Positions 1 through 12,240 of a DNA stretch of 64,000 nucleotides are shown piece after piece. Each line of letters opens with the position of its first letter. Within the stretch, counting starts at the first letter, position 1. Under the pieces are notes generated by a model. The model saw nothing but the letters and a program-made list of their open reading frames with translations, had not been told where the DNA came from and did no database searches. The stretch is from Dimorphilus gyrociliatus (lineage: Eukaryota > Animalia > Annelida): assembly GCA_904063045.1 (NCBI GenBank), contig CAJFCJ010000003.1, positions 496,001-560,000 on the forward strand, written 5' to 3'. The translations under genes were made by a program, and so were the position numbers.

Positions 1-279
1 GTTAAACAGAAGAAAGAAGAAATTGAACAGAGTTACAAACAGGATTGTGAAACATTTGCGGCCGTTGTCAAAATGCTTATAAGGTTTGTACATATCTATA
101 TATGTATATGTATATAGACATGAGTATACAGATATTTATTGAAATAATAATGCACATATAGTAAAGATCATTCACTAGAAGATAAACTTCAACAATCTTT
201 AAGAGATAATCTTAAGGATATTGGTCAGAGATGTATTCATGAATTGAAGGAGTATATTGAAAATTTAAAACCAGAATGA
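1..279 (+). CDS. PPHLN1: Periphilin-1 C-terminal domain (3' end of gene; HUSH complex subunit homolog)
   Basis: Exons 1-83 and 162-279 (GT-AG intron) give VKQKKEEIEQSYKQDCETFAAVVKMLISKDHSLEDKLQQSLRDNLKDIGQRCIHELKEYIENLKPE*. This closely matches the periphilin C-terminus as I recall it (EIEQVYRQDCETFGMVVKMLIEKDPSLEKSIQFALRQNLHEIGERCVEELK). Not in the ORF track. Confidence 0.85.
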
Positions 280-847
280 ATTGCATTTCCATACTCAAAT
301 AGTAACAATAATAATCACGAAAAAAGAAAAAAGGGATCATGATAAAGATACTGAATTACAAAGATAAATGATCATGTTTTAATTCAAATACCTTCTCTAT
401 ATATTTGTCTTTTTCTTATTCAAATCACAGTTGTGTGTATGTTCTATATAAATATTAACACTTGGCAATTATAATACTTATTCTCTCTACTAATTATAGC
501 CTTCTAATTACGTAAATTTATTCAAATTAAATATTCAATATTTCAAGATAAAGAAATAATAAAACAAGCAAAAAATACTTTTTTTCTTTATTTCAAAAAT
601 TTGGCACAACAAATTATTACAATTGACATCATTTCATCATCATTTTATCCTTGTTTCTTCATTCATTTTCATCCTTCTCTTCCTCTATCTTCTTCTTCTT
701 TTTCTTTTTCTTCTAGAATAGAATGCTTGCTGATGAAAAAACAAAAAACAAATGTGTTTATATGGCTTTTTTTTGTCTCTTTTGTCTTCCTTTATCTACT
801 CGTCCGTCTACTCATCCTCCTTCTCCTCCTCCTCTTCTTCTCCTTGT

Positions 848-3800
848 CTATAAAGCTAAAGGATTCGAACTTCCAACTGAAGACATGCTATCTATTTCAT
901 CGGCTGTTATTCGACCCTTTTAATAAACGAATTATTTAAGTTTTTTAAGTAGAAACAAGTATATTTCATTAATTTTACTTGTCGAAGCATGGCAAATACA
1001 TCTGATTCATTTTTCTTTCTCTGAGCCATAATTTTCTTTGGTTTCTTCCACGAATTCCACAATCTCATTGAACAATCCCATGCTACTGTTATATACTGAT
1101 CTCTCTCTGGTACATGTATCACATCGCGAATGTTCATAATATGACCATAATTCGTTTGCATTAGACGATATTTTTCAACTTCGTATACTCTATTTAGGGG
1201 AAAATTATATTGAAATGTTGGATGTTTTAATATCAATATTAACAATGATATTAATAATAATTTACTTCATAACTTCCTCAACTCCTGCAATAATCGCACC
1301 AGTGATTTTATCTATACAGATGGCGTGAACGCTCCCACCTGCGGCCAAAATCACTTCCTGATTCATACCATCATCGGACTAATGGAAAATTTATATCAAA
1401 TATGTAATTGAAAGTAATAATTTAAAGAGAAATCCTTTACCCATATTCGAATGGTTCCATCTTCCGAAGCCGTAACCCATTTTTCTGTTTGGGGGCTCCA
1501 TCTAATACATGTTACATCCAATGTATGACCTTGCAGTGTATTTTCTAATTTCATTTTAGAACCATCAAGACTAAATTGCCTTATATAAACTAGTTTATCA
1601 GTTGAAGAGTATGCGAATAAATTCCTTTAGAAGAGTATTTCAAAAAATAAAACAAAATTAATGAAGACAAAGCTTAATCGTGGCTAATCCTTCTTACTTA
1701 CTTGGATGGGCAATAGTCTAGATCTGTAATCTCTCCATCGCTAGCAATTTCTGCCGAGTCACCTTTCTCTGCGGCAGGATCTCTAAATACTGTTTGTAGT
1801 CTATGGGGTTGATTTTTGCATTGTGTATGTTTTATTGTGATAAGGGAAAAGTGTTATATGTTGATTGGCACTTACTCTCCTTCGTTCAGATCCCAAACGC
1901 AGATTCTCTTATCCCAGCCGGCCGTAATCTAAAAAAAGAAGTAATGAATGAATAAATGAATGAATGAATGGTTAAAAGAATTGGAAAAGATTTCCTATTG
2001 TGTGTGTGTGTGTGTGTATTAGTTTGTGTGGGTATTGGTGTTTTCCTTTTCTAATAGAATTCTATCAAATGAGACCTACGGCAAACATATGTTCTACAGT
2101 CTTTTCAATTTCCTTATATCCTTCTTCATTCTCCGTTGTTGGTACTGTCTCTTTTATTATTTTGGAATGGAGAAGTATGGACAATGATGTAACAATACTG
2201 TAAAGCAAAATAGATGCATACGCACTATACATAGGACGAAATGGTACTCTACTTACCTCTTATGTTCTGATAAGATGTGCTGACAGACAAATCCAGCAAC
2301 TCTATTAGTTACGGAATCCTCTTCCATTCGATCCTATATATAATACGTATTCGTGGAAATTATGAAGAATATTTATATACCAACTCTCTTCTGCGCTTTA
2401 AGAGCTTCCAGATCAACTTCTGTCTCTTCATCCTTAGTTAAGAGAATATGATATTTTTCTCTTGTTTCAGCATCAACACCATCCGATTCACTATCGGATT
2501 TCATATTTTTCAAGACGGAAACGGCGTTGAGATCAAATCCCCAAACGTCTTTTTAAACGAATAAAATGAATTTTGAATACAATTATTATATAATTATTGT
2601 TTGTACAAACAAATATTTCCATCTTCGCAAGTACCAACAAGAAAATCTAATTCCTCAACAAACTTCATCCTCAAAATGGACGTATGAGGATGAGAAGCAT
2701 TCTTGTTTTTACCTATTAGAGGTTTATTAAATGAATATTGACTCGATATTTGTCTTCTATTTTTGGTTTTCTCTGGAATTTTATTCTTTTCCCTAAGTTC
2801 TCTATCAAACTGTATGATGAGGAAGAGAATCATGGATTCTTTAATATTGTTTAAAACTGAAATATTTACTGTTCTAGCATATTTATCTGCATATTTCTTC
2901 TTTGTTTTCATTAATTTATGAGCTTCCAAAATACTCAAGTATTCTTTCCTATTGTTTATTTATTAATAGTGAACTAATTTAATTAACTCATAATGAATAT
3001 TCATTCTTATACTTACGTATACATAAAATGATTTGATTCTTTTCGTTCCCATTTTGTGACTGTACCAGTTTGATCTGCACTAAATAGAAGCATTGGAACT
3101 TTACTAGCTGCAGGGAAAAATCATTTATTAGGTCGAATTAACCAAAGCATAAAGCTATTATATTCTTACTATAAGTTAAACATTCCATTTCGGATGATGT
3201 TCGTAATGTGGTTATGCAACCTGACGTATTATACTTCCATACAATTAAACAACGACGACTGGTAGAACCAACAACTATGTTCGGTTCGTTAAACCATTGT
3301 ATTAATTGTAGAGAATACTTGTTCATGCCCTCTTCAGCATCATTTTCGAAATTACCTAGGAATTCTGTAACATTTTCACCACTTTTTGGATCAAAGATAA
3401 GTGGATAAGTTCCACCTGCAACTACCCAAATAGTCCTTGTTCTATTAATATAACATAGACCAGTAACATTTGCGTGAAAAGCGGCATCCTCAACAGTATG
3501 TATTCTCTTTCCATCAGCTGTCCATATTTTAACAGTTCTATCGAATGAACCAGTTACGATCCTATTATTTGCAATGATTAAGACGTGAGGAATGAATAAG
3601 AGAAAAGAAGAAATTGATACATTTAAATATATACAAGATGTAATAAATCATCATTTACCAAACGTTATTTTCGCTATCTTTAAACAATGATAAACTTGTA
3701 ATACCAGCAGCGTGGGCTGAAGATTTTCTGTAAGGAAATAGCAAAGTTAAGATAAAGAAGGAAGAGAAAGAAAGATAATAAATAGTAACAAAGTTTAGAA

Positions 3801-4648
3801 ATTTACTAATACTAACACTACTATGGGTTTAAGAAAATTTTCTCTTGTATAGGATGAATCATAAACTACCAATTTACCATCGTAACCCGCCGAATAGACC
3901 CTAGATTCCGAGCCAACTACACACTTGACAACATCATTATGTGCGGTAGATTCACTAAATGAGGCAACGTTTATGTAATGGCCGCTTTTCCTTTCTATAT
4001 TGAAGCATGGGGAAAATCGGAAATAGAGGAGAAAAAAAAACGATGATAAATGATTGTGGTAAAGGAACAAATGATATGTAAATTTTCTCTTTGACCTACC
4101 AGGATCTAGATCATAACAATGAATAGCTCCATTCAAACCACATAGTAGTTGTTTTTTACGATTATTAATCAATAAGGATAATTTATAAACAGGGCGTTTA
4201 ATCTGTTGAATAACGAAACAGGGTGTTTTCAATTCTATACAATTGTTAAGTGTTTAAAAGTTTACATGTATATGATCGACAGCTGTACCACCGGAACCCC
4301 AAATAATTAACCAACCATCGTTAGATGCGGAGATGAGCATTTTAACTTCAGGCCAATAGAGAAAGTCGGTAACCCAGCCGTTATGCTCTTGATAAGATAC
4401 CGTACTCTTTCCCTCGTCAACGTCCCAAACCTTGATGAAGCCATCTTAGATTGAAGGAAAGAATAGATAAGTAGTTGTAGGAAAGATTCTAGTAAATTTC
4501 TATTCAGATCGATTAAATATACTTGAAGGAGAAGAAAAACAATACCTTCGCATCCGGCGAGAATTTCCCTCCTTGCTGGATTATATCCTAACGCTGTAAT
4601 GGCCCGAGTATGTATATGGGCAAAATAAAATTGTTGTTCAATCGACAT
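848..4648 (-). CDS. Multi-exon WD40-repeat protein, family not identified
   Basis: ATG at 4648 (MSIEQQFYFAHIHTRAITALGY). Spliced exons carry many WD repeats (DGFIKVWD, AHNDVVKCVV...SAGYDGKLVVYD, TGSFDRTVKIW, TAGWDKRICVWD, GHIMNIRDV...TVAWDCSMRLWN). The last exon GRITADEIDSMSSVGSSNPLAL* ends at 848. Confidence 0.85.
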
Positions 4649-4713
4649 TCTCCTTATTTGTTTGAAAAAAATTAGTTAAATTTGTTCGCATACAAAGTGG
4701 CGACGGCATTCTT

Positions 4714-4728
4714 GTTTGGACTAGCAAC
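4714..4728. promoter_or_regulatory. RFX/X-box-like element upstream of the WD40 gene
   Basis: GTTTGGACTAGCAAC with a perfect TAGCAAC half-site, about 70 bp upstream of the ATG; motif resemblance only. Confidence 0.25.
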
Positions 4729-5205
4729 GGCCTTACAAACACAGCATAGCGCAGCCTTCTCTATCAATAAAGACTTATTGAACACTTCAAACAATAAATT
4801 ATAGGCCTCAAATTTTATCGATACGGTGCCCCTTATCAAACATTGTGCGTGTTTACGATATCATGTCTAATATCATTAATAGACGATTATAATTATTATT
4901 TTAAGTAACAAATGACAAGATATCAATTGTCTACACGATATATTCAACCATTTTAAATTAACTATTTAAATGGCACCTGTTTGAGTGTATTAAGATATTT
5001 ATACCTTCCTTTAAACTTAACCATACAAGCATGAATTTTTTTCCCCCAAAATAGGTTATCAACCCTCTTTTCTAAAAAGGAAAGATAGTCAAACACAAAC
5101 AGGCATTATTTACAAAGGCCTATATGCTACCTTTTTAGATATATTTATAGAGCTGAAGAAAATGACAACTCGACAGAATTTTTTCAATAAAACGTCATAT
5201 TCTCA

Positions 5206-5219
5206 CCCTATAGATGGCG
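5206..5219 (+). promoter_or_regulatory. CTCF-like motif
   Basis: CCCTATAGATGGCG versus consensus CCACTAGRTGGCR; lies between the divergent WD40 and GRAMD2 genes. Confidence 0.3.
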
Positions 5220-5482
5220 TTGACTATATCATAGTAATATTAGCAAGAGAAGTGTTAAAATGTCCCACAATTGAGACTAAGCAATATTAATAAAGAAATA
5301 GATAAGGAGAGCGCCAAAACACGTTTACATTCTCAGTCAAAATATGTTCTGTTACACAGCCTTCTATCATACTATACAATTTCGTTTATCAGCGGAAGAA
5401 GTTGGTTTGAACGGGGAAACAATTCGAGAGAGTACTTATCAGTAACATTGATATAATACTTGTTATATATACAGTTTATATA

Positions 5483-5486
<4 letters not shown>

Positions 5487-5514
<28 letters not shown>
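5487..5514. repeat. (TA)n microsatellite
   Basis: Uninterrupted TA run read directly from the sequence. Confidence 0.95.
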
Positions 5515-5517
<3 letters not shown>

Positions 5518-6158
5518 AAATTTCCATACTGTTTCCCCTTCATAAATGTTTTACGGGGTTTTCCTTACTCTATACCAAGTTCATTTAATCAAATAGGAAT
5601 TCGCCAAAGACCTTTTTTTCCATATAAAAGATACAAAATTTACCATATCCCCTATGATCTTAACAAAAAATATCAATTATCGTCATACTTTTCCGAGAAT
5701 TATTTGGGAATAGAATGTGGCGTAATTTTCTATTTATAATTGTGGCGCAATATTTTATTGAGTTATGTAATGAAGCTTTTTCATTACTTAGAGTTTATTT
5801 AATTACGTTCTTGTATAATTGGTGTTTTGTTCTTTGATGAATTATTTATTGTTTATTGAAGTACTAGAAACTTAGACACTTTCGAGTGTAGCACAATTCT
5901 GTATATCATCTGACCGCTTTTCTGATCACCACATGCATCACGCGGTGGTTGCCGTGGAATCCAAACAGGTGACTGACCGGTAAATAAATTATCGCGAAAA
6001 ACATTGTAATATATTTTATAAATATTCAAATAATATTCTGGGAAAAATCAGTAAATTAGTAGTAATTTTTTCTAGAAAACCGGTTTCGAACCGGTCAATG
6101 ATTAAAAATTTCCACGATTCAGCGGGATTGATCGCAAAACCGCTCATTCCGACAGAAG

Positions 6159-8892
6159 ATGCCTGGTAAAAAGAATCAAGACGATAACATATCAACTTCT
6201 TCCAGCTCAGGCCCAAATGATATCTACTCTGCAAGAAGGTAAGAAATTATTGTTTATAAAATTGCTTTTTATCAATATCGACCTTGTCCTTTCTCAAACG
6301 CGCATTGGAGTATATAAATACAAAATATATATAAATACATCTAGTTGTATATATCCCTATCGCTATCTGACTGATAACAGGCAAAGCCAATGAAATATAT
6401 TTGTGATAAAAAGGCAAAGCTCTCTAGTCTTCGGTATGACAGCTAAAAAGCAACGTCCTGTGTCTCTGTGTGTGGAGAACCCAAGTTCCCGCGAACTTCG
6501 AGAGTAATAATCAGAAATCAGATTAAGTAGCTATCACATACTAATTGAATTCATTTGTAATGATATAGATCGAAGTCTGAATCGCATTTTGAGGGTCTTA
6601 AAAGACTGTCGGATTCTTCAAACGGCGATGTTAATTCCGCAATAGTACCTAATACCAATACAAAGACAAAGGGAAAAAGGTAAGATAAATTTATAATATT
6701 ACGATGAACTCTTCCTTAATCTCTGTCAATTGATATAAACACGATACAATGTGACATTTGTTCAGATGTAGACAGGCATGTAAAAGTATTTGATATATAT
6801 AAATGTTATCCAAGATTATACAATCATCCTGTAAATCCTGTTTTATATACTGTATTAGGAGGATAATCTAATTAAACGGCTAATAAAAGTATAATTAATT
6901 TGCAAAGGTTAAAATAGAATAAATTATTCGATACTTTATAAATTCCGAAAGTAAGAAAAATGAATCATTTACCATAGAAATGATTTTTTTTTACTTGTGT
7001 TCGAATTACAAAACTATAATATTTCCTTTCCCTTTAGCTTCTACTACCACTTTTTGCTTCCTTGTCTGCTAAATGTTAGGGCGTTTATCTTATTTCGTAT
7101 TCAATACGATAATATATTTTATAAAGCGTTTCGCATGTAAGAATAGAGAGCAACCAATGTATAATAACAGATATACAATTCTTAATTTGGGACAATGAGT
7201 CAGATTTGATAACAGACACGGTATAGATTAGGGAAAGATAGTTTTATCTCGTATATGGTTTGATATATGTATATATATATATATATCCATTTAATATGAA
7301 TTCGGTTAGCAGCTATTATTTGTAGTATAGAATAGAATTTCGATTTTCGATCACGTGATTCCCTATATCTAGAACATACAGGGTACGTTTATGGTTAAAT
7401 CTTTATATAGAGTGGTAAGGTATTCTGAATTAAATTTTAACTTCTAGTGAAGTCACGTGGTACGTTATAACTGGTACATCTAGGGCGATATCGCCTTAAC
7501 ATAAAAACAAGGACAGGTCGGTCACTCGTACGCTTGGGGGCAAAATTCAACTTACATTCATAAAAGTTCAACCCAAGTCACGTGATATTATGTAGAACAA
7601 ATAGGGTAAAATAGAAAATGCCGCTTTGCCTTAATTTTTATTTGAATTCCAAGAATCATGAAGCTACTTTGTTTCAGCCCCGAGTCATTAATACCAGAAG
7701 TGCAATATAGAAAGGTAATATATTGAAAATAATATTTATTTAATATTATATTTATTCTATTGCTTAGATGTAAATATAAACATCAACAAATAATAATAAT
7801 ATTTATAGTTTTCGTTGTTTTGTCCTCGTAGGATTCCAAAGTTCACAGGAGTAAAAATGAAAAATTCCATAAACTCTTTCCCAATGTTCCATCAGACGAA
7901 TTGGTCATCAATACCTTTTCTTGTGCATATTTCGGAGATATACTTTTCCAGGGATTCCTTTATATATCGTCTTCGTATTTTTGCTTTTATTCTAAAATTT
8001 TGGGTCACGAAACAAGATTGGAAATACCATTGGAAAGTGTCATCAATATAACAAGAGAAAGAACTGCTTTTGTTATACCTAATGCTATTGGAATATTATC
8101 AACTCAGGACAAGTATGTTTTCGGATCATTAATGGCAAGAGATAAGACTTACAGATTAATGATCAACGTTTGGAAAACATTCTTACCAAATAAGAAAGGA
8201 TTAGAAGAAATCGAACAGGAAGAATCATCTGTCGGAACGCAATCAGTAAGTCATTTTTTATTCTTAACAAGATTTTATTATTGTTATTATTTCTTATCTT
8301 TTTCTTATTAGGATGACGAGAGCAAGCAAAATCTGATCGAATTGAGTGTCGACTCGTCAGACGATTCGTCAAATCAGTGTCCAAATTGTGGTATTTTACA
8401 AACTGAGAGTGTATCAAAACTTCAAGTAAAAGAAAAATCAGGTACATATATACATTAAATACATTTTATTAATGATTAATAATGTTAATTAATACAACTT
8501 TATTAAATAAATTAGATTGTGAAACCTCCCACAAACCCGGTGCTTTACATAATGAAGAAAAATCAAATAACTTCGTAATAAATAGGACCAATTTAACTTT
8601 AATTGTATGTTCACTGTTGGTTGTTATTCTTTCTGTCTCTGCTTTCTTCCTAACCGTGCGACTTTTCAACCTTCAAAACCAAATCGAACACGGATTTGGT
8701 GTGGACGAAATAACTGCAGCTCATTCAAGAAACCCTTATATACTTAACTATAATTTGAAACAAATAGAACATTCTGCAAATATTCATCACTTGCATTCCG
8801 TCTTAAGGGCAAACATCGATGCTCTAAAAGAAGTTGGAGACTCTCTCAGTCACCTGGCAACGTCTTCTAAACATTCAAAACCGACTGATTAA
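6159..8892 (+). CDS. GRAMD2: GRAM-domain tail-anchored membrane protein, GRAMD2-like (no VASt domain)
   Basis: Phase-compatible exons 6159-6238 (or alternative 6436-6503), 6569-6679, 7654-7714, 7832-8245, 8312-8441, 8516-8892. GRAM domain RSKNEKFHKLF...FSCAY..DILFQGFLYIS..YFCFYSKILG...ITRERTAFVIPNAIGI; C-terminal TM LTLIVCSLLVVILSVSAFFL followed by a coiled coil. Confidence 0.85.
7351..7585. promoter_or_regulatory. Cluster of three TCACGTG E-boxes (CLEAR/USF-like), probable internal promoter or enhancer
   Basis: TCACGTGA at 7351-7358, GTCACGTGG at 7452-7460 and GTCACGTGA at 7577-7585, just upstream of an ATG-containing exon (7658). Confidence 0.55.
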
Positions 8893-9484
8893 TTGTTTCG
8901 GAAAGCCTTTAATTAAGTTTTTACAGCCTGCATTTTTTGTGATTATCTTCTCAACATTTTTATTTATAAAGACAGATTTTTATACTCAATTATTAACATG
9001 TTTACGTTAAAAACAGTTGATAGTAATGTTATTAAAGATTGCAGAATGATCTCCAACTATATTATCTGTTTTCTTGTCATCAAAATGAAAGAGAAACGGA
9101 AAAGAAGAAACACAAATAAAACACACAAATTCTACAATAAACCATGTGTGATATTGCTATGTATACGCATACAAATATGTTAATGTGAGTGTATATAGCA
9201 ATATTATTTAGCCAAAGTGTTAACTAAAGTGGAAATGCACTCTTTCAGTGTTTTTATATGTATATTTATCAAAATGAACGAAATGAAATCTTTCTTTCAC
9301 CATTGTTGATTGGAAATAATAAAATAAGTAATTACAGCGAAAAAAATGCAAAAATCACGAATTTTATCTAATTCATCCCTATTTTTATATAATATCTGTT
9401 TAAGAGTTCGGAAGAATTTTCGCTGGAAAATCATAGCCGAATAATTTCTGTCGTTTATAGCTCGCTCTTTCTCACCCCCTTTCT

Positions 9485-11691
9485 CTATGAGAGAGGATAG
9501 TTTTCGTCAGTCTTCACACTTGAATATTCAGAATTGCAGGAACGTTTTCTATGGTAAATAATCACTCCAACGGCAGCAATACACATTAGTGCTCCTATGC
9601 AAATAAGAAGAACTAAAAAAGTCTTTAGTTGGAATACTCTTTCGACTTTCAGAACATTAGTCGCTAGAAAATGTGTACTACTAGATTTCACACAGGTTAA
9701 ACCAGTTAATGAACATAAAAGTTGATAAATTTCAACATTACGAAACGGTTCTAGTTGGATATTTTTTCGTATCGATGGACCAAACGCATAGAATATACCA
9801 TTCATAGCACGATTTGATGTTACATAAGGATCGAAGCCATGATCTCCTTTATTGTATTTATCCTATGAAATGAATACAAGTAAGTAAAAAGGTGAAATTA
9901 AGAAGTTTTAAAAATAAACTCATTTAAAGTGAAACCACACGACAACCTTACTCTTAAAACAGCAACCAAGGTCAATCGTTGCAATGACTGGAGCAATTCG
10001 TGAATTTTTTCTATAATGATAGTTATTTTTAGATTCATCCTTTTTCAGCAACACAGTAATATTGTCAACTTTTTCTAATTCTTTCACAATCTTGGGAAAG
10101 TAAATGAAAATTTATAGGATTATGAACAAATAGAAATTTTTAAAGTTCCTCTTTACTTACTTCCTCTTTGTAATTCTCCATTGGCCAGATATGATAAAGA
10201 GTAGAAGATTTTTGCACGTGACGTACTAAGGTTTGGTTATTAATTATATGCTCCAAATCAACCAAACAATCTTTGTCAAAAGTCGCCATCCCGTGATCTG
10301 AGAATATTACAGTATCAACCATATCTTTTAGTTTACAACTGCCATTTTTATAATGAAAATTTTCCAATTGATTAATTAGATGGCCAACAACATCCTTATC
10401 TATTTGCTTAACTTTATCGGCCAACTCTTTAGAATTTGGTCCATATTTGTGTCCAAAATCGTCACCATCGGGCAGGTATAACACTACGAGAATAACAGTA
10501 ACATATTGATTTTAACTGATTAATATATGATGCAATATACTTACAAGCAATATCAAGTTGGTTAAGTGAAAAATTTCCAAGTGCGTAATTAAGATTTAAT
10601 TGAAAATTTGGTATTCCCGAAGATGAATTATCGTAGATAATATCTTTAAAATCGCTGCAGCATTCTGGCTTTACTCCATTAAAGTTAGTGTAATAACCCA
10701 GCCAATCCCACATCTTCACTCTTCGTTTCTAGATATTCATTGTAAAGGGTAAAAATCAATTAAAATAATGTAATTATTAATAGAAAATTATAATTTATTA
10801 GAACTTGTCTGATAGCTGATATCCAGAATGGTTCTGTTTCATTCCACCAATAGGTATTATATCTTTCGTTAGACGTTTGTTTAGAAAAGCCTATAAAGGT
10901 CCTATTACGTTTCGGATCCCACATATTATTAGAAACCATTCCATTATCCTCTGGATATTTACCTATGACATATGTATGCAAATAAATAAGTTTATAGAAA
11001 TTCCTTCTTTTATATAATAGTATATATATAGCGTGTAAATTTTCAAATGAAATATTTTTAATCAAAGACTTGAAGGGGAAATATCATCAAGTTATTTTTA
11101 TCTCAAATACATAAAAAGAGGAGGATGAAAGCTAAAGAAAATCTCAATAAAAGGAGGACAGGTGAGAGAAAGTTACGATTAGGTGACATTGATGAAATAT
11201 TTCGTTTTGGCATAAAAAATAGCTGATTCATGAAAATTGTCATACTGATTTCACAACTCTCCAAGTGCAACGTAAGTGAATTTTAGTACAAGGAACCATG
11301 CAATATTATTTTAATGCATACAATTCACTATTTATGAATTTGCCATAATAATAAACTATATATAAACATTATATTAGTAAACTTATACACACATTTATAT
11401 GAATGTCAGTGTATAATATATATTTATATATATACCTGTTAATGGACTATAGTAATTGGGTGCCGACATTGATGGAAAAACTGGCTGTAATTCACCAACA
11501 GCGCCATTTAAACCCAATTTATTAAAGTTCTCAAGTTTGTGTATTTTGGCATAATCGTGTCTAAAGCCATCAAATAGAAATACTAAGAGTTTCTTCTCTT
11601 TAACATCACAAGATAATGTTAATTTAATATTGAATAGCTGTGTGATTCCGTATAAAATCCATAGCCTTTGTATTATATTTAAATAAAGCAT
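9485..11691 (-). CDS. ENPP6: Ectonucleotide pyrophosphatase/phosphodiesterase, ENPP6-like (Ser nucleophile), type I membrane protein
   Basis: Signal peptide; metal ligands FDGFR, PDGDDFGHKYGP, SDHGM and GDHGFDP; active-site segment FPSMSAPNYYSPLTG with Ser as in ENPP6; C-terminal TM (VLLICIGALMCIAAVGVIIY). Subfamily assignment is less certain than the family. Confidence 0.8.
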
Positions 11692-12240
11692 TTCTCATGT
11701 ATAGTTTCTTAGAAATGTATGTACATTATCTGAGCGATATTAGAGAAGAATAAAATTCTATGTGGCGGGTGCAACCATGAATTGAAAAAACTCCAAGATT
11801 AGCCATTAATGAATTAAATAATTATTTTTAATTTATCTATTAGGAGTCGAAAAAAAAGTTTTTTATTTAAATTCTCCCCGCTGTTGACAAAACATCTGCC
11901 TCAATCGGTTTCTTTCGTAGCCATTTGTTCTATTATTATTCACTAGAAATGAACGTTGAACCATGAAATGTGCTATATTGATATCCATCTGCTTACAGTT
12001 ATAGCTATATACATATCGATAAACTATTAGAAAAATTTATTAAAATGTTCATTTCGAAATTCCCGCCTTTTTTTCATTTTTTATAAGGATTACGTAGCCA
12101 GATTCATACTTGAAGGTAGCAAGAGTAACTATCCAAAAGATCGTCGCTATGTCTCTACTGCAAAATATTAGCCGTTTGTCCTTAAGAACAGTTCACGTTC
12201 GACACTTCTCGGGTTTGTATCCATGCTCTAGGAGTCCCTT

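Noticed and set aside
855-900. GTTCGAATCC (tRNA T-loop-like) on the minus strand
   Set aside because: Lies in the last WD40 coding exon; the T-stem is mismatched and there is no A-box, D-arm or acceptor stem.
601-939. ORF-track hits 601-939 and 723-923
   Set aside because: Low-complexity pyrimidine-rich 3' UTR and antisense sequence; no domain or splice support.
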